DNA of 64,000 nucleotides from Nannocystis bainbridge (GTDB lineage Bacteria; Myxococcota_A; Polyangia; Nannocystales; Nannocystaceae): NCBI RefSeq assembly GCF_028368995.1, contig NZ_JAQNDL010000001.1, positions 3,008,001 to 3,072,000 of the forward strand, read 5' to 3'. Shown piece by piece: positions 39,887 to 49,441 of this stretch (position 1 is its first letter; each line of letters starts with the position of its first letter). The notes under the pieces were generated by a model. It saw only the letters and a program-made list of their open reading frames with translations, ran no database searches and was not told where the DNA came from. The position numbers and the translations under genes were made by a program.

Positions 39887-40696
39887 TCAACCCCCGCTCG
39901 GCTCGCGGACCTTCGGGCCCGTCTGGCCGTACGCGACGATCGAGAAGACGGCCCCGTGTGGGTCGCTGACGACCGCGAAGCGGCCGACCGGCGGGATGTC
40001 GCACGGCGCGACCGCAATCGCGCCGCCGAGCCGCGCCGCGAGGGCCGCGCTCTCGTCGCAGTCCTCGACCCGGAAGTACGTCATCCAGTGCGACGCCATC
40101 GAGCCCCAGGCCTCGGTCATCTGCAGCATGCCGCCGACCTTGCGCTCGCCGACGAAGAAGTCGGTGTAGCGGGTCGACTCGACCTCCCGCTCGGCCCGCC
40201 GCCAGCCGATCACGTCGCTGTAGAAGACCCCGGCCTCGTCCGCGTCGCGCGTGTTGAGCTCCCACCAACACATCGTCGCCGGCTCGTCGATGAGCCCGGC
40301 GCCCGCGTGGTGGACCGCCTGCCACAACGCCAGCTGCGCCCCGCTCGGATCCTCGACCACCGCCACGCGGCCCGCGTCGTACTCCTCGCGCGGCGCCACG
40401 ATCACCCGCCCGCCGCGCGGCTCGACCCGCGCCACCGCGCGGTCGATCGACTCGACGTTGACGTACGGCAGCCACAGCGGCGTGTCGCCGCGCTCGATCT
40501 TGTCGGCGCGCATGCGATGGATCGCCACCACGTCGCGCTGTTGCTTGCGCAAGATCGTGTAGGCCTTGCCGTGGTGGATCCCGAGATCGAAGAGGCCCCC
40601 ATAGAACCGCGTCGTCACCGCCGGATCCGGACTGCCGAGCTCGGCCCAGCAGAAACTCCCGTGCTTGTAGCGATCGACGACCGGCACCCCCGGCAA
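39887..40696 (-). CDS. VOC/glyoxalase-family protein (two domains)
   Basis: GSFCWAEL, FYGGLF, DPSGA; second module WWEL...DPHGA. Confidence 0.88.
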   Translation of the reverse strand: MPGVPVVDRYKHGSFCWAELGSPDPAVTTRFYGGLFDLGIHHGKAYTILRKQQRDVVAIHRMRADKIERGDTPLWLPYVNVESIDRAVARVEPRGGRVIVAPREEYDAGRVAVVEDPSGAQLALWQAVHHAGAGLIDEPATMCWWELNTRDADEAGVFYSDVIGWRRAEREVESTRYTDFFVGERKVGGMLQMTEAWGSMASHWMTYFRVEDCDESAALAARLGGAIAVAPCDIPPVGRFAVVSDPHGAVFSIVAYGQTGPKVREPSGG

Positions 40697-40741
40697 CCTA
40701 CCAAACCGGCTCGGATCCGCCCAAATATTTCAAGCGCGACG

Positions 40742-41518
40742 TCAGCGCGCCGCGATGAGTCCGAACACGAGCCGCTGCCGGGGACAACCGGACCCCGAGA
40801 CATTCGTCCGCGCCGCCTCGACGTAGGCCACAAACGCCCCTTCGTCGCCGGCCGCCGAAGATGTCCCATCGTACAGGCGGAGCGGCGCGCCGCCCGAGAG
40901 CTGCAGGTCCAGCGCGCCGCGCCGCAGCTCGCCGCAAGCTGTCTCTTCGACCATGCAGGCGCTGGCCGCCTCGCGCCACGCGAACGGCGCGGCCCACCCG
41001 CCGCCCTCCGGCGGATCGACGCGCGCGCCGACGGCCGCCGCCAGCAGCAGCGCCCCGCCCGCGTCCTCGACGCGTAACCACACGTCCGGGTCGCTCGCCA
41101 CCTCGCCCGGCGCGACGATCGCCCGCACCCGCAATTCCTGGCCCGCCGCGAAACCATCGCCGGCCGGCGCCGGGTCGGCCTCGACGTAAAGCCGCATCGC
41201 CTCCCCGTCGCACGCGAGATCGAGGACGCGAGACCCCGCGTCACCGCGCATCGCCGTGACCGTGCACCTCAGCTCGGCGCCGTCGTCGCGCGGCATCGGC
41301 TCGAGCGCCGCGCGCAAAAACGCCGCCTCCGAGGACACACAAGGTGAGAGCTCGGGCCCCGCCTCGTCGAGCGGCAAGATGTCGTCGCTGGGCGCCGCCA
41401 CCTCGCAGGCCGCCAGGACCCGCAGCAGCAGCAGCGCCGCCGCGCAACGCCGTCCTCGCCCTCCGGCCGTCACACGAACTATTTTGCCGGCCTCCGGTGG
41501 GCCTGTCCAGAAGGACAT
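40742..41518 (-). CDS. Hypothetical lipoprotein
   Basis: LAAC lipobox; start uncertain. Confidence 0.6.
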   Translation of the reverse strand: MSFWTGPPEAGKIVRVTAGGRGRRCAAALLLLRVLAACEVAAPSDDILPLDEAGPELSPCVSSEAAFLRAALEPMPRDDGAELRCTVTAMRGDAGSRVLDLACDGEAMRLYVEADPAPAGDGFAAGQELRVRAIVAPGEVASDPDVWLRVEDAGGALLLAAAVGARVDPPEGGGWAAPFAWREAASACMVEETACGELRRGALDLQLSGGAPLRLYDGTSSAAGDEGAFVAYVEAARTNVSGSGCPRQRLVFGLIAAR

Positions 41519-41611
41519 GCGAGGCTCGGGCCGATCCCGGCCTCCCATGCGCGGACCCTGTCCAACCGCCTGGATCTTGTCGACCCGCTGGACCCGCGGC
41601 AACATCGGACC

Positions 41612-43594
41612 ATGCGCTTACGCTGGCTCGCCTGTCCGACCCTGGCCCTCGCCCTCGCCGGCTGCCCGGGGCCGTACACCCCGGCCACGACCGAGAACGA
41701 GACCTCCAGCTCCAGCGCGAGCAGCAGCAGCCCGACCGAGACCACGACCCAGTCGACGACCACCACCAGCACCGCCGGCCCGACCAGCGAGCCGACCACC
41801 ACCCCGTCGGGCTGCGTGGGCACCGACGAGCGGTGCGACGGCGAGCAGCACCAGATCTGCGTCGGCGGCAATTGGATCGGCGACCCCTGCCCGGCCGGCA
41901 CCGGCTGCCAGGACGGCGCCAAGACCTGCGAGACCTGCGACTGCGCGGCCCCGCCGACCTGCCTCGACGCCTCGACGCTCGAGACCTGCGGCTGCCTGGT
42001 GCCCCAGCAAACCACATGTCCCGAAGGCCAGGCGTGCGACGCCGAGGCCGGGGCCTGCAGCGCCGTGCTCTGCACCCCCGGCGAGCAGACCTGCACCGAC
42101 CAGAACACCCGCCGCACCTGCAACGAGTACGGCACCGGCTACGAGGCGCCGGTCACGTGCGACGGCGACGAGCTGTGCGACCCCGACATGGGCGCCTGCA
42201 TGGCCGCGTGCAGCGTGGTGGCCAAGCGGCAGTCGAGCATCGGCTGCGAGTTCTGGGCCGTCGACATGGCCAACGTCCCGCCGCGCGACGCCTACGTCTA
42301 CGCGGTCGCCGTCTCCAACCCGAGCGCCACCGAGCCGGTCAACGTCGAGATCTTCGACGGCAACAAGAACGGCGCCGAGCAGAAGCTGCTGACCGGCGTG
42401 ATCGCCCCGCGCCAGGTCCGGACCTTCCTGCTGTCGGGCAGCAGCAACAACCAGAACGGCTTCTACCCCGGCGACGCCGGCTTCACCGGCTCCGGCATCG
42501 CCCCCGGCCGGGCCTTCCGCGTCGTCTCCGACCTGCCGATCGTCGCCACCCAGTTCAACCCGCTCGGCGGCGCGCTCGCCTTCACCACCGACGCCTCGCT
42601 GCTGCTGCCGACCCACGCGCTCGGCTCGCGCTACTTCCACCTCGCGTGGGGCGAGGGCCTCGGCAGCGGCTCCTCGCTGGTCGTGGTCGCCACCGCCGAC
42701 GACACCACGATCTCGCTCAAGCCCACGGTCAACGTCGCCGCCGGCCAGAACGGCATGCCCGCGCTGACGAAGGGCGTCACCACCGAGATCAAGCTCGACC
42801 GCTACGACTACGTCCAGCTGCAGACCAACAGCGGCGACACCACCGGCTCGGAGATCGTCGCCGACAAGCCGGTCGCGGTGTTCGGCGGCCACTCGTGCGG
42901 GCAGGTGCCGAACAAGACGGTGACCTTCTGCGACCACCTCGAGGAGCAGATCTTCCCGGTCGACACGTGGGGCATCGAGTACGTCGCCCTGCGCAGCCCC
43001 GCCCGCGGCACCGAGGACATGTTCTGGCGGGTCCTCGCGCGCGAGTCCGGCGCGACCGTCACCTTCACGCCCAAGCCCGAGGGCCTGGCCGAGGCCACGC
43101 AGGTCATCCCCGCCGGCGGCTTCATCCAATTCAACGCCAGCGGCGACTTCCGCATCCAGTCCAACAACCCGATCATGGTCGCCGGCTACATGTACGGCTC
43201 CGAGGCCCCCGGCGTGCCGGCCAACGGCAACCCCGGCGACCCCTCGATGGTGCTGATGGTCCCGACCGAGCAGTGGCTCGGCGACTACGTGTTCCTGGTC
43301 GACAGCTCGTACGCCAACGACAACGTCCGCCTGGTCCGCAAGGCCATGAACAACAACGTCGAGCTCGGCTGCCTCGGCGGCCTCGTGCCCGACGACCACT
43401 GGAAGCAGATCCCCGGCACCCAGTACGTCACCGCGGTCGTCAACATCAACCCCGGCGAGGGCGACTGCCAGGCCGGCACCAACACCGCCTCGGCCAAGAC
43501 CACCACCTTCGGCGTCATCGTCACGGGCGAGGCCCAGGGCGCCTCGTACGCCTACCCCGGCGGCATGGCGCTGAGGGAGATCGCGCCGGGCTGA
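41612..43594 (+). CDS. IgGFc-binding-domain lipoprotein with a Cys-rich region
   Basis: LAGC, SIGCEFW, DASLLLP, CDHLEEQIFP, GDPSM, SYAYPGG. Confidence 0.88.
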   Translation: MRLRWLACPTLALALAGCPGPYTPATTENETSSSSASSSSPTETTTQSTTTTSTAGPTSEPTTTPSGCVGTDERCDGEQHQICVGGNWIGDPCPAGTGCQDGAKTCETCDCAAPPTCLDASTLETCGCLVPQQTTCPEGQACDAEAGACSAVLCTPGEQTCTDQNTRRTCNEYGTGYEAPVTCDGDELCDPDMGACMAACSVVAKRQSSIGCEFWAVDMANVPPRDAYVYAVAVSNPSATEPVNVEIFDGNKNGAEQKLLTGVIAPRQVRTFLLSGSSNNQNGFYPGDAGFTGSGIAPGRAFRVVSDLPIVATQFNPLGGALAFTTDASLLLPTHALGSRYFHLAWGEGLGSGSSLVVVATADDTTISLKPTVNVAAGQNGMPALTKGVTTEIKLDRYDYVQLQTNSGDTTGSEIVADKPVAVFGGHSCGQVPNKTVTFCDHLEEQIFPVDTWGIEYVALRSPARGTEDMFWRVLARESGATVTFTPKPEGLAEATQVIPAGGFIQFNASGDFRIQSNNPIMVAGYMYGSEAPGVPANGNPGDPSMVLMVPTEQWLGDYVFLVDSSYANDNVRLVRKAMNNNVELGCLGGLVPDDHWKQIPGTQYVTAVVNINPGEGDCQAGTNTASAKTTTFGVIVTGEAQGASYAYPGGMALREIAPG

Positions 43595-43718
43595 AGTCTC
43601 GGCGGGGCCGCCTCCGGCCCGCGCACGCGCGCGCTCCGGCGGGCCCGCCGCCGACCCGGCGATCGATCGACGCCCGGGCGCGCGCGGATGGGCTCGCATG
43701 TCCTACCATGCGCGCCGC

Positions 43719-45005
43719 ATGCCGCTGCACACCCGGATCTTGCTCGGCCTCGCGGTCGGCGCGGCCCTCGGCCTCGGCGCCAACCTCGGCCTCGGCGCCG
43801 ACCATGCCGTCGTCCAGTTCGTGCTGACCTACGTCGCCGGCCCGCTCGGCCAGGTCTTCCTGCGCATCCTCTCGATGGTGGTGATGCCGCTGGTGTTCGC
43901 CTCGATCGCCCTCGGCGTCGCCGGCGTCGGCGACATCCGCCGCGCCGGCCGCATGGGCGTCAAGACCCTCGCCTTCTTCCTCGTCACCACCGCGCTCGCC
44001 TCCGCTCTCGGCCTGCTGCTCGTCAGCCTCGTCGACCCTGGCGCCTACGTCTCGCCCGCGGTCCGCGACGAGCTCGTGGCCCAGTACGCGCGCACCAGCG
44101 GCCCCCCGCCCGCGCCGACCAGCTTCGGCGTCGAGACCTTCGTCGGCATCGTCACCCGTAACCCGCTCAAGTCGGCGGTCGACGGCGACATGCTCGGCGT
44201 GATCTTCTTCGGCCTGATGTTCGGCGCCGGCATCACCCTGATCCGCGAGGACCGGCAAAAGACCATGATGGGCTTCCTCGAGGCGCTCGCCGAGGTCATC
44301 TCGGCGATCGTCGACATGGCCATGAAGATCGCGCCCTACGGCGTGGCCGGCCTGATCTTCGGCGTCACCGCCCTGTTCGGCTTCGCCCTGCTCGCCCCGC
44401 TCGGCGTCTACGTGGCCCTGGTCCTGGGCGCCCTCGCGCTGCACGCCATCGGCACCATGGGCCTCGTGATCCGCGCCCTCGTCGGCGTGTCGCCGTGGAT
44501 CTTCTTCTCCAAGATCCGCGCCGCCCTCGTCACCGCCTTCTCGACCTCCTCGAGCAGCGCCACCCTGCCGACCAACCTCCTCGTCGGCCAGCAAAACCTC
44601 GGCATCCCGCCGCGGATCTGCGGCTTCGTCTATCCGCTCGGCGCGACGATGTGCATGAACGGCACCGCCCTGTTCGAGGGCATCACCGTGATCTTCCTGT
44701 GCCAGGTGTTCGGGGTGGCGCTCAGCCTCGGCCAGATGGCGGTCATCATCGCCATGGCGGTGCTCACCTCGGTCGGCGCCGCCGCCGTCCCGGGCGGCTC
44801 GATCCCGCTGCTGGTCGGCATGCTGACCATGTTCGGCGTCCCGGGCGAGGGTATCGCCGTGATCATCGGCATCGACCGGATCCTCGACATGGCCCGCACC
44901 TCGGTGAACGTGCTCGGCGACCACGTCGCCGCCGCCTTCGTCGCCCGCAGCGAGGGCCTGTGGAGCCCCGAGCACCTCACGAAATCTGTTCCTCCGGACA
45001 GGTGA
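43719..45005 (+). CDS. Dicarboxylate/amino acid:cation symporter (GltP/DctA family)
   Basis: AFSTSSSSATLP, PLGATMCMNGT, DRILDMARTSVNVLGD. Confidence 0.93.
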   Translation: MPLHTRILLGLAVGAALGLGANLGLGADHAVVQFVLTYVAGPLGQVFLRILSMVVMPLVFASIALGVAGVGDIRRAGRMGVKTLAFFLVTTALASALGLLLVSLVDPGAYVSPAVRDELVAQYARTSGPPPAPTSFGVETFVGIVTRNPLKSAVDGDMLGVIFFGLMFGAGITLIREDRQKTMMGFLEALAEVISAIVDMAMKIAPYGVAGLIFGVTALFGFALLAPLGVYVALVLGALALHAIGTMGLVIRALVGVSPWIFFSKIRAALVTAFSTSSSSATLPTNLLVGQQNLGIPPRICGFVYPLGATMCMNGTALFEGITVIFLCQVFGVALSLGQMAVIIAMAVLTSVGAAAVPGGSIPLLVGMLTMFGVPGEGIAVIIGIDRILDMARTSVNVLGDHVAAAFVARSEGLWSPEHLTKSVPPDR

Positions 45006-45164
45006 GCCTGCCTCGCACCCACGGCGGTGCGGCCCTTGTCCCCCAGCCGCGCGCGCCTCGGGCAGGCCCGGAGCCGCCCCGCCCGGAGCGGCGCGCGCCC
45101 GATCGCACCGCGAATCCGCGAGGCCGGGTGCGAAGGCCCACAGAACTCGGTATGGTAGTGCTCC

Positions 45165-48155
45165 ATGGCGCCCCTTCTCGAGCAGGCCAGCGACGTCGCC
45201 GCGTGGAAGCCCCGTTCTGCGCTCCTCGGCACGCTGCTGGCCAACCGCTACCGGATCACCCAATCCATCGGTCAGGGTTCGACCGGCGCGGTCTACCGCG
45301 CCGAAGACCTGTTGATGAACCGGCCGGTCGCGGTCCGGATCCTCGTCCCGAGCCTCGCGCAGAACCCTACGGTGGTCTCGCGGATCCGCGCTCGCATCGA
45401 CCGCAACATCAAGATCCAGCAGCAGCAGCCTGATGCGTTGGTCAACCTCGTCGACGCATTCGACGTCGGCATGACCCTCGAGGGCGAGCTCTTCATCGTC
45501 ACCGATTTCCTCGACGGTGATCATCTTTCGGCGATGCTCGAGCGCGGCGGTCGGCTGCCGTGGTCGCGCGCCCGCCACCTCTTCATTCGCCTGAGCCAGC
45601 TCCTGCAGGCCCTGCACGAGCGGGGCATCGTGCTCGGCACGCTGCAGGCGCGGCACTGCTACGCGGTCCGCAACCGGCCGAAGAACGAGGCGATCAAGAT
45701 CGTGAGCACGGCGGTGTTCGAGCACATCGCCGCCAACCTCGGCCCGGGCGCCGGCGAGGTCGGGACGCAGATGGCCCGCTATGCCGCGCCGGAGCAGGGC
45801 TGCGGCGAGCCGACGGACATCCGCACCGACGTCTACTCGCTCGGCATCATCGCCTACGAGCTGCTGACCGGGAAGCTGCCGTTCAACGAGACCAACCCGA
45901 TCCGACTGGTCGCGCAGCACCTGCACGCCACGCCGCTGCCGCTGCGCCAGGTCGCGCCCGACGCCGACATCCCGGCCGCGGTCGAGGAGGTCGTGCTCAA
46001 GGCGCTGTCCAAGTCGCCTGCCGATCGCCACCCGAGCATGGAGGCCTTCGCCGCCGCGCTGTCGGCGATCCCCGCCGACGAGGCCGGCGCGCCGACGACG
46101 GCCACCGGCGCCTTCGCCACCGTCGCGCCCGCCGAGCCGCTGCCCTCGACGCCCCCGCCACCGCCGCCGCCCAAGCCGCTGGCCTCGACGCTACCTGTCT
46201 CTTCGGACAACCTCTCCGCACCTGTCCCTTCGGTCAGCTCGGCCGCCGCCGCCGCTGCCGTCGAGGAGCCGTCGCCGTCGACCTCCGGCGCCGCGCCGGC
46301 GAAGATCGCCCCCTCGGTGGTCATGCGCGGGCTCATCGACGCCCCCGCCACTCCGCCGGGCCCGCCTCCGCCCCCGCCGACCTCGATCGCCCCGCCGCCG
46401 CCGGTCGGCCCGCGACGGCCGCCGTCGATCGCGGTGCCGACGCTGATCCCCTCGCCGCGCCGCCCGTCCGAGCCGGTCGCCTCGGCACCTGTACCTTCGG
46501 CCATGTCCGAAAGCGCAGCCGACAAGCCGACCGAGGCCCCGGTCGCCGCCGAGCCGCCGCCGGCCCCCGCGCCCGAAGCCCCGCCGGCCGCCACGCCTGT
46601 CGCCGCAGCGCTCGCGACGCCCGCAGCGCCCGAGACGCCCGTGGCTGCCGAGCAGCCGCCCGCTGCCGCCGAGCCACCCGCGCCCGCTGCCGCCGAGCCT
46701 CCTGCGCCCGCCGCCGCCGAGCCGCCCGTCGCCGCCGCCGAGCCGCCTCCGCCCAGCGCCGCCGAGCTGCCGCCGCCGCCGCCCTTCGCCGCCGAGACCC
46801 CGCCGCCTCCGCCGCACTACGCCGCCGAGACCCCGCCCCCGCCTCCGCCCTACGCTGCCGAGCCCCCGCCTGCGCCGGCGCCGATCGCCGCTGCGCCGCC
46901 GCCTCCGCCGGCCCCTGCTGCCGAGCCGACGGTCGCCGCCGTGCCGCCGCCTTCGGCCAAGCCCGCTCCGCTGCCCGCCGAGATCATCCGGATCCCCGCG
47001 CCCGGCGAGTCCATGCGCGCGAGCCTCAGCGACTCGATGCGCGCCTCGGCCGAGTCCCTGCGCGCCGCGATCCCGGCCGACTCGATGCGGGCCCCGATCG
47101 CCGCCGACTCCGTGCGCGCCCCGGCCCCGGCCGACTCGACCCGCGCCGCCGCGCCTGCCGACTCGATGCGGGCGCCGATCTCCAGCGACTCCGCGCGGGT
47201 CCGGGCGGCCGAGATCGTGGCTGTCCCTGCGGCCCTGTCCGCAAAGCCAGATGAAGCCTCGGCCGCCGCCTCGGTCAGCGCGCGCCGGGTCGCCGCCGCC
47301 GACGTCGCCCCCGAGACCTTGCGGGCCGCCGCCCTGCGCCAGTCGCAGTCGGGCGAGCGCCTGACCTCGAGCGCCGAGCTGCGGCCGACCGAGTCGATCA
47401 TCGCCGAGCTGCCGAAGCGGCGGACCCCGTGGGTCGCGATCGTCGGCCTCGGCGCCGCGCTGGCTGCCGGCGCCGCCGCGTACATCCAGACCGAGCCCGA
47501 GGTCGCCCCGCAGGCCAATCGCGCCGTCACGCCGCCGCCGGCCAAAATCGAGCCGAAGACCGCCCCGCCGGTCAAGGCCGACCCCACGCCGATCCCCGCC
47601 AAGGTCGAGCCGCCGCCGCCCGATCCGGTCCCGATCGTCGCGCCCCCGCCCGACCCCGAGCCCGCCCCGCGCGACGTCGAGAGCGAGGAGCCGAAGAAGA
47701 AGAAGAAGCGCCGGGCCAAGAGCACCGAGCCCGAGGAGGAAGAGGAGGATCTGTTCGACCAGGTCCGCAAGCACATGGAGGCCAAGAAGGCCCAGGAGGA
47801 GGCCTACAAGAAGGCCGCCGAGGCCGGCACCTCGCTGCCCGGACCTGCGCCCACCCCGGCCAACGCCATGCCCGCGCCCGCGCCCAAGCCGGCCGTCGAG
47901 GACAACGCCACCAAGGCCAAGGACACCCTCGACCGCGCCCGCCAGGCCGCGCAGCAGAGCAACCATCCCCTCGCGTACAGCCTCGCCAAGCAGGCCAACG
48001 CGCTCGCGCGCTCGCAGGACGCGATCGAGCTCATGGGCGTGTCTGCCTGCAAGGCCGGCAACGCCGACAACGCCCGCAGCGCCGCCGACCAGCTGACCGG
48101 CGCGCGCCGCAGCGCCGTCTACAGCGCCTGCGCCGGCAACGGCATCACCCTCTGA
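45165..48155 (+). CDS. Membrane-anchored Ser/Thr kinase-like protein, probable pseudokinase
   Basis: IGQGSTG, YAAPEQ and DVYSLG retained; VAVK replaced by VAVR, HRDLK by LGTLQ, DFG absent; Pro-rich linker, TM, helical C-terminus. Confidence 0.85.
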   Translation: MAPLLEQASDVAAWKPRSALLGTLLANRYRITQSIGQGSTGAVYRAEDLLMNRPVAVRILVPSLAQNPTVVSRIRARIDRNIKIQQQQPDALVNLVDAFDVGMTLEGELFIVTDFLDGDHLSAMLERGGRLPWSRARHLFIRLSQLLQALHERGIVLGTLQARHCYAVRNRPKNEAIKIVSTAVFEHIAANLGPGAGEVGTQMARYAAPEQGCGEPTDIRTDVYSLGIIAYELLTGKLPFNETNPIRLVAQHLHATPLPLRQVAPDADIPAAVEEVVLKALSKSPADRHPSMEAFAAALSAIPADEAGAPTTATGAFATVAPAEPLPSTPPPPPPPKPLASTLPVSSDNLSAPVPSVSSAAAAAAVEEPSPSTSGAAPAKIAPSVVMRGLIDAPATPPGPPPPPPTSIAPPPPVGPRRPPSIAVPTLIPSPRRPSEPVASAPVPSAMSESAADKPTEAPVAAEPPPAPAPEAPPAATPVAAALATPAAPETPVAAEQPPAAAEPPAPAAAEPPAPAAAEPPVAAAEPPPPSAAELPPPPPFAAETPPPPPHYAAETPPPPPPYAAEPPPAPAPIAAAPPPPPAPAAEPTVAAVPPPSAKPAPLPAEIIRIPAPGESMRASLSDSMRASAESLRAAIPADSMRAPIAADSVRAPAPADSTRAAAPADSMRAPISSDSARVRAAEIVAVPAALSAKPDEASAAASVSARRVAAADVAPETLRAAALRQSQSGERLTSSAELRPTESIIAELPKRRTPWVAIVGLGAALAAGAAAYIQTEPEVAPQANRAVTPPPAKIEPKTAPPVKADPTPIPAKVEPPPPDPVPIVAPPPDPEPAPRDVESEEPKKKKKRRAKSTEPEEEEEDLFDQVRKHMEAKKAQEEAYKKAAEAGTSLPGPAPTPANAMPAPAPKPAVEDNATKAKDTLDRARQAAQQSNHPLAYSLAKQANALARSQDAIELMGVSACKAGNADNARSAADQLTGARRSAVYSACAGNGITL

Positions 48156-48292
48156 GCGCAGATCTCTCCGCTCGCCCCGGCCGCCCGCTGCCTGCAGCGC
48201 GGCGGCCTTCGTGCTTTCTCGGGCCCGCGAGCGGCGGCTCTCCCCGCCCTCGTCCGGCCGCCTTCGCAGCGAAGGCCCCGGCGAGCGGAGCA

Positions 48293-48344
48293 TCACATGT
48301 CCCCATGAACATGTCTCCAAGAGCATGCTCTTCAGGACATACCC
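48293..48344. repeat. 14-bp-period decamer array (4 units)
   Basis: Units at 48293, 48307, 48321, 48335. Confidence 0.8.
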
Positions 48345-48509
48345 ACGTGCCTGTCTGCCCGCGGCGATCGTCGCCCGCTCTCGCCCGCGCCGCGCGGACG
48401 CATGCCTGAGCTCCGCGGCCGCCGCACGAGCGATCCGCCGCCTCGACTTCACCGGCCTCGCCTGCCACCGTGAAGATCGGCCAATACGCGGCCGAGAAAG
48501 CGAGTCACC

Positions 48510-48584
48510 ATGAAGACGAAGACGAGCACCCGCGCCGGCTCTGGCTCCGGCTCTGTTGGTACCAACCCGCTGTACAGCGGCTAG
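48510..48584 (+). CDS. Small peptide 1: MKTKTSTRAGSGSGSVGTNPLYSG
   Basis: Paralogous to three downstream sORFs; shared upstream cgagaaa-cgag..accATG context. Confidence 0.8.
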   Translation: MKTKTSTRAGSGSGSVGTNPLYSG

Positions 48585-48652
48585 CGCCGCCCCTGCCCGA
48601 CATGTCCTTTTTGACATGTTGCGAGGCAGCCGCCGCGACCGCTGTGGCATCA

Positions 48653-48667
48653 CGGCACACGCGGTGC
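48653..48667 (+). promoter_or_regulatory. sigma54-like -24/-12 promoter upstream of peptide 2
   Basis: CGGCACACGCGGTGC has GG-N10-GC spacing; 42 nt before the ATG. Confidence 0.55.
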
Positions 48668-48709
48668 CGCCACGACAACGAACCACCGGACCCGAGAAAC
48701 GAAGGACTG

Positions 48710-48763
48710 ATGAAGATCAAGACCAACACCCGCGCCGGCGGCGACAACCCGCTCTACCACTGA
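48710..48763 (+). CDS. Small peptide 2: MKIKTNTRAGGDNPLYH
   Basis: AAGGA RBS; same leader and NPLY motif. Confidence 0.82.
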   Translation: MKIKTNTRAGGDNPLYH

Positions 48764-48838
48764 CCTCGCAGAGCATGTCCCTCCGGACATTTCCCCATGC
48801 GAGACGAACGCCAGGCCGCGACGACCGCCGCGGCCCCA

Positions 48839-48853
48839 CGGCACACGCAGTGC
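48839..48853 (+). promoter_or_regulatory. sigma54-like -24/-12 promoter upstream of peptide 3
   Basis: CGGCACACGCAGTGC. Confidence 0.55.
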
Positions 48854-48915
48854 CGCCCGATCGCAACCCGACAACGGCAGCGGGCCACCCGCCCGCGGCC
48901 GAGGACGAGCTGACC

Positions 48916-48972
48916 ATGAAGACCAGGACCCACACGCGCGCTGGCGGCGTCGCCATCAACCCCCTCTACTAG
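48916..48972 (+). CDS. Small peptide 3: MKTRTHTRAGGVAINPLY
   Basis: gaggacgagctgaccATG context; same leader and NPLY motif. Confidence 0.82.
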   Translation: MKTRTHTRAGGVAINPLY

Positions 48973-49032
48973 CCGTGTTCTTTAAACCTGTCCGCTGTGC
49001 GAACCCGTCGGCGGGCGAGAAACGAGCTGACC

Positions 49033-49095
49033 ATGAAGACGAGAACCAACACCCGCGCCCGCGCCGGCACTGGCGAAAACCCGCTGTTCACCTGA
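49033..49095 (+). CDS. Small peptide 4: MKTRTNTRARAGTGENPLFT
   Basis: gagaaacgagctgaccATG context; same leader and NPLF motif. Confidence 0.8.
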   Translation: MKTRTNTRARAGTGENPLFT

Positions 49096-49167
49096 CCTGC
49101 CGCGACGTGTCCTTCCGGCACGGCCCTGGCAGGGCGAACGATCTGGGCGCCGTGACCACCGCCCCCA

Positions 49168-49182
49168 CGGCACACGCAGTGC
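49168..49182 (+). promoter_or_regulatory. Third sigma54-like motif, with no peptide ORF downstream
   Basis: CGGCACACGCAGTGC, pointing into the 3' end of the antisense tRNA operon. Confidence 0.45.
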
Positions 49183-49229
49183 CGCCTCGATCGCAGCCGT
49201 GAGCCGCAGAGGGCTTTCAGCCGCACAAA

Positions 49230-49300
49230 AGGTCCCGTCGGGATTCGAACCCGAATAACCCGTGTTGCAGACGGGCACCTGGCCGCTCGGACACGGGACC
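49230..49300 (-). tRNA. tRNA-Cys(GCA)
   Basis: Acceptor GGTCCCG/CGGGACC, U73, anticodon arm CCCGT-CTGCAAC-ACGGG, T-arm TCGGG-TTCGAAT-CCCGA; CCA not encoded. Confidence 0.92.
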
Positions 49301-49334
49301 ATGCTCTGCTCCGATCTCTCCCAGTTCTCAAAAG

Positions 49335-49405
49335 AGGTCCCGTCGGGATTCGAACCCGAATAACCCGTGTTGCAGACGGGCACCTGGCCGCTCGGACACG
49401 GGACC
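49335..49405 (-). tRNA. tRNA-Cys(GCA), identical to 49230-49300
   Basis: Same 71-nt cloverleaf. Confidence 0.92.
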
Positions 49406-49441
49406 ATGCTCTGATCTCTCCCCATTCTTTATTTTATAAAA

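Noticed and set aside
48510-49095. NPLY as mimicry of the eukaryotic NPxY PTB-binding motif
   Set aside because: A four-residue match with no delivery system or host context in the window; not supportable from sequence.
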